Assembly: GCA_001662655.1 (NCBI GenBank)
Contig: KV460209.1
Reading direction: 5' to 3' (one strand)
Source of the DNA: Pseudogymnoascus verrucosus
Taxonomy: Eukaryota
Length of the DNA stretch: 64,000 nucleotides
Shown here one piece after another: positions 50,431 through 63,263 of this stretch (the stretch's first letter is position 1; each line of letters starts with the position of its first letter). A program made the translations under genes and the position numbers. Below the pieces are notes generated by a model. It was given only the letters and a program-made list of their open reading frames with translations. It had not been told where the DNA came from and did not search any database.

Positions 50431-52308
50431 ATGGCCTCGAAGGGCCCAGAAGCTCCTGCAGCGCAACAAATTATCGACAATGCGGCGAACAAGATTTCAG
50501 AGGCGGTAGGAGGGGTTCCAGCAGTGCAACAAGTTGTCGGCAATGGCACAAGCAAGCCTGCAGAGGGCGCAAGCGGAGCCCCATCAGAGACGTCCAAGAG
50601 CGCACTTAAAAAGGCAGAAAAGCAGGCGAAGATGGCCGCAGATAAGGCGGCGAAGGCTGCTAAGAACGCGCTTGTAGTTGGGCAGGGCAAGAAGACAGAC
50701 GATATCATTGGAATAACCGTATCCAAGGAGGAGGACTTTTCTGCATGGTATCAAGAGGTTGTTGTCAAGTCGGAGATGATTGAATACTATCAAGAGATTG
50801 CGGGGTTCTTTATTCTGCGCCCAAGGTCCATGTTCATTTGGAACACCATCAAGAAATGGTTTACTGCAGAGATTGAGGAGCTAGGCGTGGAGGAAGCCAG
50901 TTTCCCTATGTTCTTGTCGCAGAGGGCGATCGAGAGAGAGAAGAAGCACGTGGAGGGTTTCGCACCCGAACTTGCTTGGGTTACCAAAGCGTCAGTTACC
51001 CCGCTTCTCCCCCTTCACCCTCAAGCACATTTCGGCTGCTAACAGTTCAACAGAGGCGACAAAGACCTTGAGGCTCCAGTTGCTGTCCGTCCCACTTCCG
51101 AAGTTATCCTGTACCCATTCTACGCGAAGTGGATCCGAAGCCATCGCGACCTTCCCCTCCGCCTTAATCAATGGAATACCGTCGTCAGATGGGAGGCTAA
51201 GCAGACCACTCCATTCCTCCGAGCACGTGAGTTTGAATGGCAGGAAGGACACACCGCATCCGTGTCAGAGGAACTGGCTGGAAAGGAGGTTCTCCAGATA
51301 TTGGAGTTGTATGCCAAGGTTTATGAAGATCTGTTGGCTGTCCCGGTCGTTCGTGGGAGAAAGACGGAGAAAGAGAAGTTTGCTGGAGGATACTATACCA
51401 CGACTGTTGAAGGATATATCCCATCCAATGGCCGCGGAATTCAAGGCGCCACGTCCCATTGCCTGGGCCAGAATTTTAGCAAGATGTTCGACATTACGAT
51501 TGAAGATCCAAACCCAAAGGCTGGAGAGAAACCCGGCCATATGCACGTCTGGCAAAACTCCTGGGGCATGTCGACTCGTGTCATTGGTGTCATGGTTATG
51601 ATCCATGGTGATAACAAGGGCCTAGTCCTCCCACCAAGGATTGCGCGCGACCAGGTCGTCATTATCCCAGTCGGAATCAACAAGAGCACGACTGCAGAAG
51701 ATAAGGAGCGCCATTATGATCAATTGCAGGCCATGAAGGCTACGTTGAAGAAGGTTGGTGTTCGTGCTGATTACGATATCCGCGATGGTTATACCCCAGC
51801 TTGGAAGTTCAACGACCACGAGCTCAAGGGTGTCCCTCTGAGACTTGAGTATGGTCCAAAGGACGCAGCCAAGAATGTCGTGAGCTACGCTCGCCGTGAC
51901 ACTGGAGAAAAAGGAACTATTGCCATTGCCAACCTCGCGACTGAGGTCGCTGAGCTCCTTGAGACCATTCAGAAAGACATGTATACCAAAGCCGAAGCTA
52001 ATTTCCGGGCCCACCGTATCACTGTCACCAAGTGGGACGATGTTATCCCCGCCCTTGATGCCAAGAACGTTGTTTTAATCCCTTACTGTTTGGCCGAGAA
52101 GTGCGAAGATAAGATCAAGGAATTGACCACTGTCGATGACTCCGCCCACGAGGGTCCCCTTGAGAAGAAGGCCCCAAGTATGGGCATGAAGAGTCTCTGC
52201 ATTCCCTTCGAACAGCCAGAAGGTATCGTGAAGGGTGAAACCAAGTGCTTGAACCCTGAGTGCGGAGCATTCGCTGAGAAGTGGTGTATGTTCGGAAGAA
52301 GTTACTGA
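50431..52308 (+). CDS. Cytosolic prolyl-tRNA synthetase
   Basis: FSAWYQEV, HVEGFAPELAWVT, RPTSE, QGATSHCLGQNFSKMF, QNSWG.STR and terminal FGRSY; intron 50991-51053. Confidence 0.96.
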
Positions 52309-53653
52309 TGGGGCTCATTATAAATGATCACAAATGAAAACTTCAAAGCCTTGCCTCATTTATTAGTTATTCCCACATGCTTGGAGCCACCATCAGGCCT
52401 GTGAATTTGCATAACTGATCCCCAACCAGAGCTTGGCTCTTGCATTTCATGTTCTAGCTATTTGAAATGTACGAATGCCTCTCTATTACCGCTCGTACAT
52501 ATAACTCCATGGCATTGTGATCATCAAGTCCCATAGCATAACTAAAGTCGCCAACAACCAAGCATTATGGTAGATCCAGAATGCAATTGAACATGTGACC
52601 CCTGGGGCAATGATAGATATACGTTTTAGTTTTTTGCTTGGCAGTCTCTTATACTTCCAACGACAAGAGTCGGAAAACCAACCATAGCTTCCAATTGCTG
52701 AATCATGGCCTAACGTAGATAAGTTGGTAGCGCCATTTCAACAATACCAGAAAAATACCCATTGGCATAATAAAGGTTATTTCTACTCTTCAAGGGACGG
52801 AGCTTTGTCGTCTAAGATGCGACGATTACAAGGATCTAGTTTACCCCTGAAGGGGTATCGGATCCCAACCTGAACCTAACCGACAAACCCACAGCGACAA
52901 CAGTCGTCTCATCGCGGGCCAGAACCGCCCAAGCTCAAAACGCAGAATGTTCCAACAGGGTAAACTGCAAGTAACTTTCATCTGGTCTTGTAATTTTCCT
53001 CTTGCAATTGTCTGACCAAGCGCTTACCACAGAATGATCCAATCGCAATGGGCGCGCTCTATTTAGGCTACCATGCCACCCGCGCCGTAGACTTGAGACG
53101 TCTCCAACGTGAGACTGGAGATCCACTGCTGCGTCCGATGTCTGCACAACCCATGCCTGTGGATACCCTTGGGGCTCTGTTTGACTTTGCCATGTTACCT
53201 CGTCTACCCATGAGAATACGAACCCCCACGGGGCAGACATAGAAGCTGATTGGGTTGATCCTCCGGGGCATCTCCTACCGCTCTATCAAATCTAGTAAAG
53301 GTTCCATTCTGAAATTCCGGAGAGTTTCTGTTAAGTGTCCGGGATATCTAGAGCCGCCTATCCGTTCCCTGCTCAGTATCAGGGAAATGATAGTTGCGTA
53401 TGCTTGGCAACGCCTCCTGGAATTGTTCCATGAGGGCACACATATAAGACCTAGGTCTCCTCCGATGCTGTTTGCCTCTTCATTCGCATCTTCTTTTCAT
53501 TTTCTGTACTCATCGACAGTCGTTCTTTTCTACACTAGTTCTGTGAACTATTCTTTTCTATACACGTTCTTTACTCGCAGTAGTATTTGTTAACATTATC
53601 TTTTTGGGCCGGTCCTATTTACCTTCTACGACTATCTTTGAACAACCATCAAA

Positions 53654-55625
53654 ATGAAGTACGATACAGCACTTATTCTCATCGCCTTCTTTGGCTTGAG
53701 CCAAGCAGCTCCCATCGCGGACAAGCGTAGCCAATTGCTTCCTCGTTATGCAATCCGAGGTCGCGAGGTTCCCCAGGAGCACTCTCACAACAAGTTCCTG
53801 GATTCCGTCAGGACTAGTTTGAACTTGAACAACCCTGATCAGATTCAGGACCCTGTCTTTGGTCTGCTGGGAAATGCGGCCGCGGCAGCTGGACAGGTTT
53901 GTTTTTGCCATTTATTGCAAAAAAAAAATTGGGGTTGCTAACACACAGACAGGGGAAAGTTACCGATACCGATTGTCTGCACCAAGCAACGGCCGACCAG
54001 GCTTTCACAAATGCAAAAGCTGCTGGCGATGTCGTCGGACAGACCAATGCTCTTGTTTTCGCTGCCCTTGAGCGCAACACCGGAAGTGTTGGTCTCGAGA
54101 GTGTTCTATGCACTGCCATCAAGGCCGTTAACCCTGAGATTGCTGCTCTTAGCCAGCATCAGGATCCGGCTGCGACTGGCGCTGCTGCCAAAAACAAGGC
54201 CATTACATTGGAACTTGCGAGGCAGATCGCCTCCATTGGCGGCGACCCAACGGTTGCTCTTCAATCCGGCACGTTCGCTCCAGGAACCGTAAGTAATTCA
54301 ATGTTGTTTCTAAAACTGCCGCTAACATTGACAGATTGGCGACCCAACCGGAGCTGGAAACACCTGTGATACCGTGGATGATGTCGAGGGTTGCATTTTC
54401 AGCCAGAATCTTCTTGTCGAGGACGCCACAATCGACGAGATCAACGCCGCGGTAGCAGGTGTGACCGCTGGTGGAAACGCTGCCGCTGGTGGCAATGCTG
54501 CCGCTGATGTCGCTGCAGGATCAACATGCCCTGCTCAAGTCACTTCTACCGTCACAGTTGTTGCTGCCGCGGCTACCCAGGCAGCAGCAAACTGCCCAGT
54601 TCAAGTCACTTCCACCATCACCGTTAATGCAGCTGGGGCCACTCAGGCTCCAGCAACTGGGAACGCAGCAACGGGAGCTACTGCTGGTAAGTAACAAGAT
54701 CCAGCCTGCTTATAGAATAGACCTAACTTTACCAGGCACAAATATCCAAACCTTCACTGGTTCTCTTGGAGGCGCAGCACCAGCGATCACCAAGTCCGCG
54801 GGTGACCGCCCATTCACTGTCAACGGTAACACCTTCGTCAACATCGGCGCAGCATTCCAGCGTTCGTGTGATATCCAGAACAACGCCTGCTTCAACGCTG
54901 TCAACTCCGGCGCTCTCTCAGGAGGAACCGCTCAGTGCCAGCAACAACAACAAGCATGCAACGCCGCCGGCAACGCCAAGCGCGATAACATCCCATCCCT
55001 CTTCCAGCGCCAGAGTGCATTCGGCTCCTGCGCGGATCCCACCATCCTGTTCGCAGATGGCCTCGAGGGACGCGACACCGCTGCCTTCATCCCAGCAAAC
55101 CTCGGCGATTTCAACCACGGCTCAGCCCAGAAGATTGGCATCATTGCTCAGTTCATCTGCTCTCAGCTTGAAAGCTCTTGCAAGGCCGGCGCTGATGCTG
55201 TCGCTGCCTGCAATGCTGGAGAACAAGCTGCTGCTGCTCTAACTGGCCAAGCTGCCGCAGACGCCTTCAATGCGGCAGTCACTGGCGGGTCAGTAGTCGC
55301 TGCTGCACCTGCACAGGCTGCGACTGACAACGCCAATGCCAACGCCGATGCCAGTGCTAGCACCGATGCCACTGCTGCCACCGGCACCAACATCCAGGCT
55401 TTCACCGGAAACCTTGGTGGCGCCGCACCGCCCGTCATCCAGGGCACCGGCACCAAGCCCTTCTCCGTCAACGGCTCCACATTCGTGAACCAAGGCGGAG
55501 CTCTCCAGCGCTCTTGCTCAGTGCAGCACAACGCCTGCGCAGATGCCGCCAACAGCGGTGCCATCTCCGGAGGAGTTCAACAGTGTGAGGATCAGGAGAA
55601 GGCCTGCAATGCTGCCAACGCCTAA
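53654..55625 (+). CDS. Secreted modular cysteine-rich protein (probable cell-wall/surface protein)
   Basis: Signal peptide; REVPQEHSH N-terminal domain; Ala/Thr linkers; two copies of an ~80-aa four-Cys module; three introns join ORFs 53654, 53899, 54374 and 54471. Confidence 0.85.
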
Positions 55626-55954
55626 TAAGCGGGACATAGCGGGGGATTTAGTTTATTGTCGACGATAACGGGGTTTTGTACTAGCATGGAGTTGGTGTTT
55701 TTAAGATGTTGTATGAATTATATTTTTTTTGCGGATGAGCGCCTGTCTTCTTGTGATGCTTCTTCTATAGACCATTGCGCCTGAAATGCCAGATCAATGA
55801 CAATGAACATGTTTATGCCCATCTAAAACGTCCAATATTGTACATTTCCCAGCGCCGGCCTGCCTCGAGCATGATGACAATTCCCCAAAGCCACTATCAA
55901 AACATGATACAGCCATTCCATAGCCCACACCAGCTCCTGTCAAAATTTCTGATT

Positions 55955-56443
55955 TTATGACTCCTCTATCGCCCTCTCTTCCAGCGCAATCACCGCATGC
56001 TCCAACTCCTTAATCCTCTGTCCAAACGCCCTCCCCTTCAACTCCTGCTGCACCTCTCCCTCCCCCTCAATCGCCTCCGCCCACGCCTTCTTTAGCTTCT
56101 CCAGCTCCTCCCTCGTCACATCGCGATCATCTTGTGCATACGTAGCATTCGCCTCCGTGCTCTCACAGGCGATCTCGAATTCGTCCTTCGCTTCGGCATA
56201 CATCTCCTGCAGGCGCTCCGCGATCTCGTCGGCGGGCGAGCGGCCGGAGGACGACGCAAATGCGCGGTGCGTGTAGCTGGGGATTGGCACTGGGGCCGCT
56301 GGGGCGCGGATGGGAAAGTTGTGTTGCGGCGTAACGGACGCGAGGGCGCGGCGCTGGGATGCTGGGAGGAGAGGGCGGAGAGAGGTCGCGGTTCGGCGGG
56401 AGGCGAGGCGCAGGGCGCTGAGGAGTGGAGTTGGGGTCGACAT
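55955..56443 (-). CDS. Small hypothetical protein with probable mitochondrial presequence and helical C-terminal domain
   Basis: ACAATG start; MSTPTPLLSALRLASRR is Arg/Ser/Ala-rich with no acidic residues; conserved-looking YAEAKDEFEIA.ES..ATYA.DDR and GQRIKELE.A. Confidence 0.75.
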   Translation of the reverse strand: MSTPTPLLSALRLASRRTATSLRPLLPASQRRALASVTPQHNFPIRAPAAPVPIPSYTHRAFASSSGRSPADEIAERLQEMYAEAKDEFEIACESTEANATYAQDDRDVTREELEKLKKAWAEAIEGEGEVQQELKGRAFGQRIKELEHAVIALEERAIEES

Positions 56444-56702
56444 TGTTGATGTTGTTGGGACTGAAGGTATAAAATTCGAGACTTGTGCTCGGATGGTGGA
56501 AGTATGTCCTCGGAGTTTATTCGGGCATAGGTCCAGTAATCCCCTTGACACTTTAGTGGTGCTAAACCCCACCTGCATGCTGAGACGGGGCGGAACATCG
56601 CGGTTGCGGGCAGGGGTCCAACCTCGAGCTTCGCAATGCGCGGGACCATCTGCTGAAGACAAAGTCGCATTGAACGCGCTTTCGTAACTCTTCGAGGCCA
56701 CA

Positions 56703-58101
56703 ATGGTCACTATTGCGCAGATGTATGGCCGCGCCATTGATCTGGCTACTAACCCGGCGCATAGTCGCTGGCAGTCGCCAATCCTGCTTCTGGTTGACGC
56801 GGCGCTGTGCTTCGTGATAATCTGGAAAGTGCCTTGTAAGTAACCGCCCTCGCTCCCAAGCACGCTTTATTTGTATCAATGCTAATTACTGGAGAAATAG
56901 ATACCGAGATCGACTGGGAGGCATACATGCAGCAAGTTGCTCAATTCCTATCCGGCGAACACGACTATGTCAAGATTGCAGGTGGAACTGGGCCCCTGGT
57001 CTACCCAGCTGTGCATGTCTACATTTACTCGGGACTATACTGGCTTACGGATAAGGGGAGGGATATCAAACTCGCCCAGGGCATATTTGCAGCTTTGTAT
57101 CTACTCACATTGGGAGGGGTAATGGCATGCTATAGGAGAGCTAAGGTGACCTTCCACACGTCGAATCTGGGCTCATCGTTGAAGCGTTTCTAACATGAAA
57201 ATAGGCGCCACCTTATATATTCCCTATGCTGATTCTGTCGAAACGATTACATAGCATCTATATACTGAGATGTTTCAACGACTGCTTCGCCGTGCTGTTT
57301 TTGTGGATGGCCATTTACGCCTACCAAAGGAGAGCATACACCATGGGCACGATAATTTACAGTCTTGGTCTCGGAGTTAAGATGAGCTTGCTCCTTGTTC
57401 TTCCAGCTCTTGGGATCATATTCCTCCTTACAAACGGGGTATGGACGGGGTTACAGCAGGCTACTATAATGGCTCAGCTCCAGGTCCTCTTCTCAACCCC
57501 ATTTGCCTTGGAGAATGCCAGAGGGTATTACGGGAGAGCCTTCGAGTTCTCCAGGGTCTTTCTTTTCAAGTGGACAGTAAACTGGCGATTCATCGGCGAA
57601 GAAGTCTTCCTGAGCAAAGGGTTCTCAACCGCCCTACTCCTAGGGCATATAAACGTTCTAGCCATCTTCGCCATAACACGCTGGCTCAAAACAGCAGGTC
57701 GACCCATCGAAACAATGATAACACGAACGCTCCGTCTCCAAGAACCGCTAGGCAACGTACAAAACTTGGTCTCTCAGCGCGTAACACCACAATACGTGCT
57801 CACAACGATTCTGACTGCAAATGTCATTGGCATTCTGTTCGCTCGCTCGCTTCACTACCAGTTCTACGCCTACCTCGCCTGGTCGACGCCCTTCCTCCTC
57901 TGGCAAAGCGGCATGCATCCCATCCTGCAATACGTCCTCTGGGCCGCGCAGGAATGGGCCTGGAACGTATACCCCAGCACGGACCTCAGCTCCCAGGTCG
58001 TCATCGGCGTCCTGGCCCTCACCGTCGCCGGCGTATGGTGGGGCACAGGGCGCGAGGAGTACGCGGAGATCCAACCTGAGGTGCGCGACGACGTGAAGTA
58101 G
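56703..58101 (+). CDS. ALG3: Dol-P-Man:Man5GlcNAc2-PP-Dol alpha-1,3-mannosyltransferase
   Basis: [40 protein letters not shown] and ARSLHYQFY; two introns. Confidence 0.96.
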
Positions 58102-58123
58102 TCCATTATCCACAACTAGGGCT

Positions 58124-58598
58124 TTACTGCTCATCATCCTCCTCGTCGCTTGACGGCGGCATCTTCCCCACAGTCGACTCCTCATCACCTGAATCCGCAT
58201 ACGGATCCACCTTAACGAACTCCTTCGGCCTGCCCACCCGTCCGTTAGCCCTCCATCATAACCATTCGTCGCAGCAGGGTAACTCACCAATACGCCTCCT
58301 TCCTCCACTCCCTCTCATCACGCACGACATTCAAGATCTCCCCTCCCAGCTTGTTCTCCCGCACCTCCCCATCCTTGGTATCCACCAGCACGTACCCGCC
58401 GCGCTTGATCCAGATCGTGTTGCGGAAGCGCGAGGGCAGCTCGAAGAGCAGTTCCTTGGTGTTCGGGAGCGCGCAGAGGTACAGGTTGTTGCCTGCGGCT
58501 TTGACGACGCGGGCGATGGACTGGGTGGGGGTGAGTGCGGGGGGAGGAGTTGAGGTTTCGTCGGCGGCGGCTTGGAGGTTGCGCTTTGGGCGGCCCAT
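58124..58598 (-). CDS. eIF1A-domain (S1-like) RNA-binding protein, eIF1AD type
   Basis: ARVVKAAGNNLY, ELPSRFRNTIWIKRGGYVLVD; spliced YWPKEF followed by an acidic tail ending at TAA 58124. Confidence 0.88.
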
Positions 58599-59265
58599 CT
58601 TGGCGATGTGTGTGTATATTCTAGCGTTTTAGGAAAAGGAAAATGTAGTCGTATTGAAATTATAATTTGGGCTTGTGCTTTTGTAATGAGGGGTCGTTTC
58701 TTGGGTTGGGAATTGTTTTTGGCTTCTTTTCCCCGCGAAAGTTTTGTGAGCTGCCAGGCCGTAGTTTATCCGTTGGCGTTTCTCCGATAGGGACCGATAA
58801 GATAGTGGCTGGCAGAATAGTGAACCACCCGGGTGCCTGGATTGAGCCGAACCAAACATTCAACAAATTTTCACTTCATAACCTTTAGAGTTACCAAAGT
58901 ATATAATTTAGTTGTATAGAGTTAACTTGAGAATACTGCATCATTATTACAAAACTACACAAGATTATCTTCAGTGTTTGAGTAATCCAATGGGCATCAC
59001 AACGAGTTGAGAACCTGTTCTAGTATAATTTTTCAAACTCTTTCAGATTGACTAGAAAGAGATTGTGTATTTTCATAATAACATCAATCTATGACCATAT
59101 AATTAAACGTCGCCAAGCTAGGGTATTTGCCACATTCAATACAAGCAAAACTCCAGACGCTATTTACCGCCCCAGGCCCGAAAGCCAGACAAAAACTCCC
59201 ACCAACCAATGCGCCACAAACAGTATATAGAAGCATGAACAAAGAAGCGGTATCTAGCAAACATC

Positions 59266-60521
59266 TCAAGCATCCGGGTCGCTGATTTCCATGGCATCAT
59301 CCTCGAAGTGCTCTCGGATCGTCATCATGTAATTCCTGACGGAAACGACCAAGATGGCCACCGCGAACCCGTTCCATACATCCATAGTAGCCTGATCGAA
59401 ATCGAAGTGAGCAATTGTCCGCGGCTTGGAGTCCTCCTTGGCTGCATCAAAGGTGATGAAAATAACCTTTGCCCCAGCGATGACAATCCCGTACAGAAGC
59501 GGAGGTACGCGAGCATACAGCGTAGGCGCACCACCAGGGGTGCCTCCGTCCGAGCCCTCGAGAAGGAGATCCTCACGGTGCTCTGTGGCGAGCGACTCAA
59601 GACTGTCTGTCATGGCTTTGGAGATGGAGTCAATATCCTGACCGGGCGTGCTGGCGACGATGGCGATGATTGGAATGTAATCTTTGTTCTGGTAGCCGCC
59701 GTCGAACTCGGCCCATTTGATGTAATTCTCAACCTCCTTCTTGATGACCTCTTCGCGAGTGCGGGAACCGGCTATCATGCTGCGGACGCGGCTGCCGAGG
59801 GTGACGAGGGAGAGCAAGGCAGTTGAACCTGGGAGTTGTTAGTTTGATATGCATAAATGGGTGGGGAAGTCGACATACCTCTGAAATCGTGTCCGGAGGC
59901 AGAGTTGATAAAAGTTTCCTCGGGATCATACGAAAAGAGCGCTGGTGGGACGGTGCGAAAGTCTGATCTCCAGTGCGCTGGAAGCAAAGGCTGCAAGCCA
60001 CGCATTCTCAGCTCCTCGAACAAAGCATGTTCATCCTCGTGCCAATCATCTCCGCTGCCGATGCCTGCTTCAAGAGCCGCCTTCTGGTGTTCCAGGAACT
60101 GGCCAACCTTATCTTCCAGCGAAATGGTTTCAGTATCGTCGGTTTCGATGGATTCGACTATCTTCGGTGTTGGCGATGCTGGAGTTTGACCACCGGCTGA
60201 TGTGCGCGGGGTGCGAGTTGTAGCATCGTCTGGCTCAGTTGATTCGCCGCCAGCATCATCGACGTATGAGGATTGACTCCCTTTGGACTTGAATTTTTGA
60301 CGGTGCCTCTTGGTGTCAGTTGGTGAGAGGTATTTCTTGGAAATCCGACCGCCTAGGACCGCTCCAGTCTTTGCACCGTGAGATTCGGTGTGCCATTTGT
60401 TATTTGTTGAGGTATGGTTCGGGGTCGGTGAAGGAGTGACCGGGAGCACGGTGCTGCGACGGTACTTTGATGGGGTGATATACCCAAGGATCGAGTCTCG
60501 TAGGTGCATTAGTTGGTCCAT
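59266..60521 (-). CDS. Conserved fungal hypothetical protein
   Basis: Intron 59878-59829 joins a disordered N-terminal exon (RGLQPLLPAHW..DF.T.P..LF) to a globular exon (YIKWA..DGG, PPLLYGI, DVWNGFAVAI). Confidence 0.78.
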
Positions 60522-61276
60522 CTCGATATGATTTTTGATTCTTCTGATGCGGGGTGTATTTGAGAGCTGCGTATGCTTTGTGGGGGTTCTTTGTGGGATT
60601 TGATTGCTGCCGAACAAAGGTGTCGATGAAAGTGTCGCCGGGTTTGGAAGCTGTTGTATGGAAAGTTCGAGGGCGAAGGAAGCTTTATACTATGCAGCGG
60701 GGTTGTGCTAAGCGTATCTTCATTGACGAAGACAATAGGTCGTTCGCGACCATTCGCGTTGCCCGAGGTATTGTCCTCGAGGGCTCTTTGACAATCTGTG
60801 GTCTATAATAGAAGGCCTACTATTGTCGTTCATTGAGCCCAACCTCGTCAATAACCCCCCAGTCCCCCAATTTGGCTGACCGCCCTGGCTAGTCCCCTGT
60901 GACATGTGACGCTAAGGGAGTGGTGGGGCTATGGAAGAACAAGTGAATTCTTACAATACAGCAATGCTCAATACAGAAAACAATACAACGAACAGTAAGA
61001 GTCAAGTTGATCACCTGATACTGAACCTTGCTGCATTATAACAGCCTTGAAGTGTAATATAATAGCTCTTCCTAGAAGAGCTTATCAAGTTGGAAACTCC
61101 TACTTATATCCTACAACAACTTGCGGCCAAACTGGAAATTAACAGCATGTCTAGCTCATACAATGCAATATTTTCATAATAACCAACGGCTTGACACTAT
61201 TAGTAGGACACTAATAGTAACAATACCATAAACAATCATTCCAAAATGATATCAGCTCTCTCTGTAAACATCGCCG

Positions 61277-61318
61277 TTATCGCGATAAGCTGATTCGGAT
61301 TAGTGCGGGCAGAAATTT
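61277..61318 (+). promoter_or_regulatory. Palindrome TTATCGCGATAA (PAC-like GCGATAAG) with nearby GAAATTT upstream of BCP1
   Basis: Perfect 12-bp palindrome at 61277-61288, about 130 bp before the BCP1 ATG. Confidence 0.4.
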
Positions 61319-61416
61319 AGAGGTTGAAGGCGGTGTGTGGGACCTTTCGAGGGGAGCATCATAATACTTTTGCAACTCCAACCCAGACAAGCACAAGCTC
61401 GACAAAAGTGCACATC

Positions 61417-62358
61417 ATGGTCAGAAAGCGAGTCAGAGATGCGGAAGCCGCCCCGGAGGTGTCGATGACGGGAGTGGACAACGGCGAGGACAGCGGCAGC
61501 GAGGATGTATGGTCCATTTCCTACCCCGCCATTAGTGTGTGTATCCGTGTGTGCATTTTACTGACAGGTTCCCAGGATGTGGATATGATAAATGTCGAGT
61601 TCGAATGGTTCAACATGGCGCCTGAGGTTGATTTCCACGGCCTTAAGAGCCTGACACGCCAATTATTGGATGTTGATGCGCAGCTCTTCGACCTGTCGGC
61701 CCTCGCTGATTTGATCCTCTCGCAACCCACAATCGGATCGACCGTGAAGGTCGATGGCAAGGAGACGGATCCATACGCCTTCCTTACTATCCTCAACATG
61801 CACGAACACAGAGAGCACCCAGTGATTAAGGCTCTCACTGAGTACCTGATTGAGAAATCAAAGTCGGGTACTGGCTTAGAAGCTCTGGGCAGTGTTCTGT
61901 CCTCCCCTTCAAACCAAGTCGGCTTAATTCTTACCGAGCGCCTAATCAACGTCCCTTCGGAAATCGCACCTCCGATGTACTCCATGATCGTGGACGAGAT
62001 TGAGGCAGCTGTCGAGGACAAGGAGCCATACGAATTTACGCACTACTTAGTTCTCTCCAAGACATATTTAGAGGTCCAGTCCACACTGGATCAGGAGGAT
62101 GCACCTAGACAGAAGAAGAAGAAGCAGGTCGGAAAGGAGACCTTCTACTTCCACCCCGAGGATGAGGTTCTCCAGCGCCACGCTGCGGCACACGGAGGCT
62201 GGGATTACACGAAGGATGAGGGCGATTCTAAAGCAGACAGCAAGAGAGCCTTCCAGGAGCTGGGGATCAGGCCCCAGGGGCATGCTATTCTAATCGAAGC
62301 TGCCAAGTTCGATGGTGCAGTCAAGGCTGTGGGCGAGTACATAGGACTGCAGCAATAA
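61417..62358 (+). CDS. BCP1: BCP1/BCCIP family protein (60S biogenesis, Mss4 export)
   Basis: INVEFEWF, DFHGLKSL.RQL, IGSTVKVDG.E.DPY, TERLINVP.EI.PPMY and FYFHPEDE; intron 61507-61575. Confidence 0.93.
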   Translation: MVRKRVRDAEAAPEVSMTGVDNGEDSGSEDVWSISYPAISVCIRVCILLTGSQDVDMINVEFEWFNMAPEVDFHGLKSLTRQLLDVDAQLFDLSALADLILSQPTIGSTVKVDGKETDPYAFLTILNMHEHREHPVIKALTEYLIEKSKSGTGLEALGSVLSSPSNQVGLILTERLINVPSEIAPPMYSMIVDEIEAAVEDKEPYEFTHYLVLSKTYLEVQSTLDQEDAPRQKKKKQVGKETFYFHPEDEVLQRHAAAHGGWDYTKDEGDSKADSKRAFQELGIRPQGHAILIEAAKFDGAVKAVGEYIGLQQ

Positions 62359-62397
62359 ATCATGATCCATCTCTTCATTCTATTTTAAATCTGCCAT

Positions 62398-63263
62398 TTA
62401 GCTCTCAATGACATCCGGGCCCTCTAACCTCTGCATCAAGTACTCCACCTCCACGATCTTGGTCAAGGGGATGACGAACTTCTCGTAGATGCTGACGACG
62501 GCATCGATATTGATCTTACCCTGGCCTGGCTGTCCTGGGGATCCTAGGCTGGGATCCGTGCCGTATGTCTTCGCTTTCAATGCCAAGCGTGTCAGCACCT
62601 GGCGCTCCACGGCGCTGTTCGTGATAGCCTTATCAATTCCTTCTCTGTCCTCTGCCTTGATCAACGCCGTGAATTTCTCCCTCTCCGTCCTGAACTTGGA
62701 TTCTGCGACGAACTTCCCGAAGTGTATCCTGCGCGACAGGGATTGCAGGCACGCAATGTCACAGGTAGCCGATGATCCGTAGTTTTCTTGTGCCTCGCCG
62801 CGCTCGTCTCTACCAAAGTCTATGCATGCCGCAGGGAGACAGTGGTTGATGTAGCTGTCCTTGATCTTGTCGTTGACATTGACATCATTGGGGTGGAGGA
62901 TCTTTGGGTAGTGGAGTGGTGGAAGAATTGGCTCCTCGAGAGCGTCAGGGAAGTATGGGTATTCATCTGGCGACTGGAATCGTCGGATGCGGGACTGCAG
63001 GCGTTCTTGCTCGCGGAGAGTCCAATCGAGTAGGCTCAGATCGCAGTCGGGGATCTTGACCGCGCCAGGGACGTAGATGGTGTTGTTTAGGGGAAACTGG
63101 ACGCGCTCGATTAAATGAAATATGATCGTATCTTCCAGACGGCTGTGATTGTCGGTTAGCTTTGGTCATCAAAGGGGGCGTATGTGGCGTACATCAATTG
63201 GAAGCGGATGTTAGCCAAGTCCAATGCCTTTGAAACATCGGAGAGATCAATGGCGGCGTCCAT
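62398..63263 (-). CDS. ARO7: Chorismate mutase (eukaryotic AroQ type)
   Basis: [41 protein letters not shown] and [17 protein letters not shown]; intron 63192-63143. Confidence 0.96.

Noticed and set aside
50431..52308. ProRS as a self-resistance copy in a secondary-metabolite cluster
   Set aside because: No PKS, NRPS or tailoring genes nearby; the context is housekeeping.
56444..56863. Upstream extension of the 302-aa minus ORF
   Set aside because: It overlaps ALG3 exon 1; the ATG at 56443 has better context and begins a presequence-like segment.
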